Virus record (IMG/VR): IMGVR_UViG_2778261247_000002
Coordinates: 1-5,544 of that record
Length of the DNA stretch: 5,544 nucleotides
Origin: a virus
Lineage: Duplodnaviria > Heunggongvirae > Uroviricota > Caudoviricetes
Direction: 5' to 3' (one strand)
The translations under genes were made by a program, and so were the position numbers. Shown here in pieces: positions 1-5,544 of this stretch. A model generated the notes under the pieces. The model was given only the letters and a program-made list of their open reading frames with translations. It was not told the origin of the DNA and searched no databases. Position 1 is the first letter of the stretch. Every line of letters starts with the position of its first letter.

Positions 1-284
1 AGGAGGCAACCAGCCGGATTGGCGTGGGGAATCTTTACCGGCTGATGCGCGGCTATGCCACCGGCGGTTATGTCGGTACACCGGGCAGCATGGCGGACAG
101 CCGGTCGCAGGCGTCCGGGAAGTTTGAGCAGAATAACCATGTGGTGATTAACAACGACGGCACGAACGGTCAGATAGGGCCACAGGCGCTGAAGGCGGTT
201 TATGACGTAGCCCGTAAGGCGGCAATGGATGTTGTGACCGGGCAGATGCGTGATGGTGGTCTGTTCTCCGGAGGTGGACGATGA
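1..284 (+). CDS. H: Tail tape-measure protein, C-terminal end (5'-partial; reading frame phase 3, stop TGA 282-284)
   Basis: The frame is open from the window edge with no upstream stop. The translation (GNLYRLMRGYATGGYVGTPGSMADSRSQASG...MRDGGLFSGGGR) matches the C-terminus of lambda gpH as I recall it. Its stop overlaps the start of M (ATGA), as in lambda. Confidence 0.9.
   Translation, partial: EATSRIGVGNLYRLMRGYATGGYVGTPGSMADSRSQASGKFEQNNHVVINNDGTNGQIGPQALKAVYDVARKAAMDVVTGQMRDGGLFSGGGR
270..274 (+). promoter_or_regulatory. Shine-Dalgarno (GGAGG) for M, 6-nt spacer to ATG 281
   Basis: GGAGG is read directly at 270-274, upstream of the ATG at 281. Confidence 0.6.
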
Positions 285-610
285 AAACCTTCCGCTGGAA
301 AGTGAAACCGGGTATGGATGTGGCTTCGACTCCTTCCGTCAGGGAGGTGCGCTTTGGTGATGGTTACTCCCAGCGCGCGCCTGCCGGGCTGAATGCCAAC
401 CTGAAAACGTACAGCGTGACGATTTCTGTCCCCCGTTGGGAGGCCACGGCGCTGGAATCGTTTCTGGCAGAGCACGGAGGCTGGAAAGCCTTTCTGTGGA
501 CGCCGCCTTATGACTGGCGGCAGATAAAGGTGACCTGCGCAAAATGGACGTCGCGGGTCAGTATGCTGCGTGTTGAGTTCAGCGCAGAGTTTAAACAGGT
601 GGTGAACTGA
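281..610 (+). CDS. M: Minor tail protein M (tail tip assembly), 109 aa
   Basis: ORF of 109 aa (MKTFRWKVKPGMDVASTPSVREVRFGDGYSQRAPAGLNANLKTY...) with the same length and sequence as lambda gpM as recalled. Start overlaps the H stop (ATGA) and is preceded by GGAGG. Confidence 0.95.
   Translation: MKTFRWKVKPGMDVASTPSVREVRFGDGYSQRAPAGLNANLKTYSVTISVPRWEATALESFLAEHGGWKAFLWTPPYDWRQIKVTCAKWTSRVSMLRVEFSAEFKQVVN
597..602 (+). promoter_or_regulatory. Shine-Dalgarno-like AGGTGG for L
   Basis: AGGTGG lies 7 nt upstream of the L ATG at 610. The M stop and L start overlap (TGATG), consistent with translational coupling. Confidence 0.5.
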
Positions 611-1308
611 TGCAGGATATCCGGCAGGAAACACTGAATGAATGCACCCGTGCGGAGCAGTCGGCCAGCGTGGTGCTCTGGGAAATCGATCTGACAGAGG
701 TCGGTGGTGAACGCTATTTTTTCTGTAATGAGCAGAACGAAAAAGGTGAGCCGGTCACTTGGCAGGGGCGGCAGTATCTGGCGTATCCCATTCAGGGGAG
801 TGGTTTTGAATTGAATGGCAAAGGCACCAGTACGCGCCCCACGCTGGCAGTCTCTAACCTGTACGGCATGGTCACCGGGATGGCGGAAGACCTGCAGAGT
901 CTGGTCGGCGGAACGGTGGTCAGGCGTAAGGTTTATGCCCGTTTTCTGGATGCGGTGAACTTCGTCAACGGAAACAGCGACGCCGATCCGGAGCAGGAGG
1001 TGATTAGCCGCTGGCGCATCGAGCAGTGCAGCGAATTGAGCGCGGTCAGTGCCTCCTTTGTACTGTCCACGCCGACTGAAACGGATGGTGCCGTTTTTCC
1101 GGGGCGCATCATGCTGGCTAATACCTGCACCTGGATCTATCGCGGTGATGAGTGCGGTTATAACGGTCCGGCGGTCGCGGATGAATATGACCAGCCGACG
1201 TCCGATATCACGAAGGATAAATGCAGCAAATGCCTGAGTGGCTGTAAGTTTCGCAATAATGTCGGCAACTTTGGCGGCTTCCTTTCCATTAACAAACTTT
1301 CGCAGTAA
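610..1308 (+). CDS. L: Tail tip assembly protein L, 232 aa, with C-terminal cysteine cluster
   Basis: ORF of 232 aa (MQDIRQETLNECTRAEQSASVVLWEIDLTEVGGERYFFCNEQNEKGEP...) matching lambda gpL in length and sequence as recalled. Conserved Cys codons sit at 1126, 1153, 1222, 1231 and 1243. Confidence 0.95.
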   Translation: MQDIRQETLNECTRAEQSASVVLWEIDLTEVGGERYFFCNEQNEKGEPVTWQGRQYLAYPIQGSGFELNGKGTSTRPTLAVSNLYGMVTGMAEDLQSLVGGTVVRRKVYARFLDAVNFVNGNSDADPEQEVISRWRIEQCSELSAVSASFVLSTPTETDGAVFPGRIMLANTCTWIYRGDECGYNGPAVADEYDQPTSDITKDKCSKCLSGCKFRNNVGNFGGFLSINKLSQ

Positions 1309-1313
1309 ATCCC

Positions 1314-2057
1314 ATGACAGAGACAGAATCAGCGATTCTGGCGCACGCCCGGCGATGTGCGCCAGCGGAGTCGTGCGGCTTCGTGGTGAGAACGCCGGAA
1401 GGGGAAAGATATTTTCCCTGCGTGAATATCTCCAGTGAGCCGGAGGAGTATTTCCGGATGTCGCCGGAGGACTGGCTGCAGGCAGAGATGCAGGGTGAGA
1501 TTGTGGCGCTGGTCCACAGCCATCCCGGTGGTCAGCCCTGGCTGAGTGAGGCGGACCGGCGGCTGCAGGTGCAGAGTGATTTGCCGTGGTGGCTGGTCTG
1601 CCGTGGGGAGATTCATAAATTCCGCTGTGTGCCGTATCTCACAGGGCGGCGCTTTGAGTACGGGGTGACGGACTGTTACACGCTGTTCCGGGACGCTTAC
1701 CATCTGGCGGGGATTGAGATGCCGGATTTTCATCGCGAGGATGACTGGTGGCGTCACGGTCAGAATCTCTATCTGGATAATATGGAGACAACGGGGCTGT
1801 ATCAGGTGCCGTTATCAGCGGCACAGCCCGGCGATGTGCTGCTGTGCTGTCTGGGTTCATCGGTGCCGAATCATGCCGCCATTTACTGTGGCGACAGTGA
1901 GCTGCTGCACCATATTCCTGAACAACTGAGCAAACGAGAGAGGTATACCGACAAATGGCAGCGACGCACACACTCCCTCTGGCGTCACCGGGCATGGCAC
2001 GCATCTGCCTTTACGGGGATTTGCAACGATTTGGCCGCCGCATCGACCTTCGTGTGA
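1314..2057 (+). CDS. K: Tail tip assembly protein K, 247 aa, two-domain (N-terminal JAMM/MPN-like, C-terminal NlpC/P60-like)
   Basis: ORF begins 6 nt after the L stop. HSH(x7)S(x2)D motif at 1515-1556 and a Cys/His/His set (DCYTLF Cys at 1674-1676, His at 1872-1874, HH at 1908-1913). Sequence matches lambda gpK as recalled. No strong SD upstream, so the start is probably coupled to L. Older lambda annotation starts at the internal Met equivalent to 1458 here. Confidence 0.88.
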   Translation: MTETESAILAHARRCAPAESCGFVVRTPEGERYFPCVNISSEPEEYFRMSPEDWLQAEMQGEIVALVHSHPGGQPWLSEADRRLQVQSDLPWWLVCRGEIHKFRCVPYLTGRRFEYGVTDCYTLFRDAYHLAGIEMPDFHREDDWWRHGQNLYLDNMETTGLYQVPLSAAQPGDVLLCCLGSSVPNHAAIYCGDSELLHHIPEQLSKRERYTDKWQRRTHSLWRHRAWHASAFTGICNDLAAASTFV

Positions 2058-2596
2058 AAACGGGTTCCGAAGCCATCCGGGCGCTGGCCACGCAGCTCCC
2101 TGCGTTTCGTCAGAAGCTGAGCGACGGCTGGTATCAGGTACGCATTGCCGGGCGTGATGCAGGCGAAAACGAATTATCTGCCCGTCTTAATGAGCCGCTG
2201 GCAAATGGTGCCGTGATCCACATAGTACCGCGTCTGGCGGGTGCCAAAAGTGGTGGTGTTTTTCAGGCAGTGCTGGGTGCGGCGCTGATTGCTACGGCGA
2301 TCTGGATGCCAGGAATCAGTATCGCTTTCAGTAACATTCTCTTTTCTATGGGGGCAGCTATGACGCTTGGTGGTGTCGCACAGATGCTGGCCCCTAAACC
2401 CAAAACTCCACGTACACAGACAACGGATAACGGCAAACAGAACACCTATTTCTCCTCACTGGATAACATGGTTGCCCAGGGCAATGTCCTGCCTGTTCTG
2501 TACGGTGAAATGCGCGTGGGGTCACGTGTGGCATCTCAGGAGATCAGCACGGCAGATGAAGGGGATGGTGGTCAGGTTGTGGTAATTGGGCGGTAA
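1955..2596 (+). CDS. I: Tail tip assembly protein I, 213 aa (ubiquitin-like N-terminus, hydrophobic central segment)
   Basis: ATG at 1955 lies inside the 3' end of K in a different frame (103-nt overlap, as in lambda). N-terminus (MAATHTLPLASPGMARICLYGDLQRFGRRIDLRVKTG) and C-terminus (KQNTYFSSLDNMVAQGNVLPVLYGEMRVGSRV.SQEISTADEGDGGQVVVIGR) match lambda gpI as recalled. The central Gly/Ala-rich segment is shorter and divergent. Confidence 0.9.
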   Translation: MAATHTLPLASPGMARICLYGDLQRFGRRIDLRVKTGSEAIRALATQLPAFRQKLSDGWYQVRIAGRDAGENELSARLNEPLANGAVIHIVPRLAGAKSGGVFQAVLGAALIATAIWMPGISIAFSNILFSMGAAMTLGGVAQMLAPKPKTPRTQTTDNGKQNTYFSSLDNMVAQGNVLPVLYGEMRVGSRVASQEISTADEGDGGQVVVIGR

Positions 2597-2601
2597 TATT
2601 A

Positions 2602-2630
2602 TTTACTCATGTTCTAACTGATTTAATATT
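2602..2630 (+). promoter_or_regulatory. Putative sigma70 promoter for the lipoprotein moron (-35 TTTACT 2602-2607, 17-bp spacer, -10 TAATAT 2625-2630)
   Basis: Hexamer matches of 4/6 and 4/6 with ideal 17-bp spacing, in an AT-rich stretch directly upstream of the lipoprotein ORF. An alternative -10, GATAAT, is at 2644-2649. Pattern match only. Confidence 0.3.
2603..2611. repeat. Left copy of 9-bp direct repeat (TTACTCATG) flanking the AT-rich insert
   Basis: TTACTCATG at 2603-2611 versus TAACTCATG at 3023-3031 (8 of 9 identical, core ACTCATG identical). The copies sit at the two compositional boundaries of the insert. Confidence 0.35.
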
Positions 2631-2668
2631 TATATCGAACACTGATAATTATTCTGTTGGTTAGCTAT

Positions 2669-3007
2669 ATGAACAAAACGATTTTATTCTGCACGATTAT
2701 TGCTTTAACAGGATGTAAATCTTTGGATTACGTAAAATCCGGGAAACCTGTAATGGAAGGTAATTCATTAAAAAATGTTGATGAATTGTCAGGCTGCATA
2801 TCCAGACAATGGGCTGGTAATGGAACACCTATAACATCCCTTCCTATTGAGAATGGGGTAAGCCTTTTAGTTCCACAGGCTATGGGTGGGTATGATGTTG
2901 TGCTTGATATCAAAAAAGCAGGAAATGGCAGTAGTTTTACTCTTTATGAACGCGTACCAGCACTAACGCCAAAAATTTTTGCTGATAGTGTTAATGCATG
3001 TAAATAA
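2669..3007 (+). CDS. Small secreted lipoprotein, 112 aa, unknown function (candidate moron / superinfection-exclusion protein)
   Basis: N-terminus MNKTILFCTIIALTG-C is a canonical lipoprotein signal peptide with lipobox LTGC; residues after the Cys are K and S, with no Asp at +2. Two further Cys in the mature part (SGCIS, NACK). The ORF track begins at an upstream TTG (2657), but the ATG at 2669 gives the canonical signal peptide. No strong SD, so the exact start is uncertain. Confidence 0.75.
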   Translation: MNKTILFCTIIALTGCKSLDYVKSGKPVMEGNSLKNVDELSGCISRQWAGNGTPITSLPIENGVSLLVPQAMGGYDVVLDIKKAGNGSSFTLYERVPALTPKIFADSVNACK

Positions 3008-3022
3008 TAGTTAATCCTGCCG

Positions 3023-3031
3023 TAACTCATG
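3023..3031. repeat. Right copy of 9-bp direct repeat (TAACTCATG) flanking the AT-rich insert
   Basis: See the left copy at 2603-2611. This copy sits exactly at the AT-rich to GC-rich transition, immediately before the hairpin. Confidence 0.35.
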
Positions 3032-3059
3032 AGCCGCCTTTTGGGCGGCTTTGTTGTTT
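3032..3059 (+). terminator. Rho-independent terminator-like hairpin (AGCCGCC / loop TTTTG / GGCGGCT) followed by TTGTTGTTT
   Basis: Perfect 7-bp GC-rich inverted repeat at 3032-3038 and 3044-3050 with a 5-nt loop and a T-rich tail at 3051-3059. It lies downstream of the lipoprotein stop and 14 nt upstream of the J start. Confidence 0.6.
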
Positions 3060-3061
3060 AT

Positions 3062-3065
3062 GGAG
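3062..3065 (+). promoter_or_regulatory. Shine-Dalgarno (GGAG) for J, 8-nt spacer to ATG 3074
   Basis: GGAG is read directly at 3062-3065, upstream of the ATG at 3074. Confidence 0.5.
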
Positions 3066-3070
3066 TGTGA

Positions 3071-5544
<2,474 letters not shown>

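Larger units (their letters stand above)
2612..3031 (+). other. AT-rich moron-like insertion in the I-J intergenic spacer (carries lipoprotein gene)
   Basis: Abrupt fall in GC content (by eye roughly 35 percent against high-50s in the flanking tail genes) and AT-rich codon usage. Bounded by the direct repeat. Removing 2612-3031 leaves an I-J spacer of 57 nt, close to the roughly 60 nt I recall for lambda. Confidence 0.55.

Noticed and set aside
200-634. Minus-strand ORFs of 144 aa (200-634) and 67 aa (339-542)
   Set aside because: Antisense to the H C-terminus and M, both of which are well supported.
933-1438. Short ORFs inside or across L and K (933-1130 minus, 1049-1237 plus, 1238-1438 plus)
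   Set aside because: Alternative frames of L and the L/K junction; the 1238-1438 ORF would span the L stop and K start in the wrong frame.
1329-2004. Minus-strand ORFs of 142 and 121 aa and a plus-strand 71-aa ORF (1714-1929) within K
   Set aside because: Shadow frames of K, which carries clear JAMM and NlpC/P60 motifs in its annotated frame.
1955-2057. Possible programmed ribosomal frameshift joining K and I
   Set aside because: No slippery heptamer is evident in the overlap, and I has its own ATG with an SD-like purine tract. The arrangement matches the independent K and I genes of lambda.
2263-2585. ORFs of 60 aa (minus) and 72 aa (plus) inside I
   Set aside because: Alternative frames of I; the I frame is supported by lambda-like N- and C-termini.
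2657-2668. TTG start at 2657 for the lipoprotein (MVSYMNKT..., 116 aa), as given in the ORF track
   Set aside because: The ATG at 2669 gives the standard lipoprotein n-region (MNK) immediately before the hydrophobic core; the TTG extension adds four residues with no better RBS. Kept as an alternative only.
2728-2913. 61-aa minus-strand ORF inside the lipoprotein gene
   Set aside because: Antisense to an ORF with a canonical lipoprotein signal peptide; no signals of its own, and AT-rich DNA gives few stops by chance.

Overview
This window is the distal tail / tail-tip assembly block of a lambda-like siphovirus (probably an enterobacterial prophage), all on the + strand: the 3' end of the tape-measure gene H, then M, L, K, I and the 5' two-thirds of the central tail fibre gene J. 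The proteins are recognisable from the translations as close relatives of phage lambda gpH/gpM/gpL/gpK/gpI/gpJ, with lambda-style junctions (ATGA, TGATG, and a 103-nt out-of-frame K/I overlap). The one thing the tail module does not explain is a roughly 420-bp AT-rich cassette between I and J (about 2612-3031). It carries a small lipoprotein gene (lipobox LTGC), is flanked by a near-perfect 9-bp direct repeat, has a sigma70-like promoter upstream and a hairpin plus T-tract terminator downstream. This looks like a moron inserted into the I-J spacer, and its position next to the receptor-binding gene J suggests a receptor-masking superinfection-exclusion lipoprotein (Cor/Llp-like by analogy). 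No tRNA, rRNA, CRISPR array, transposase or integrase is visible. All identifications are from reading the sequence and recalled knowledge of lambda; no searches were run.
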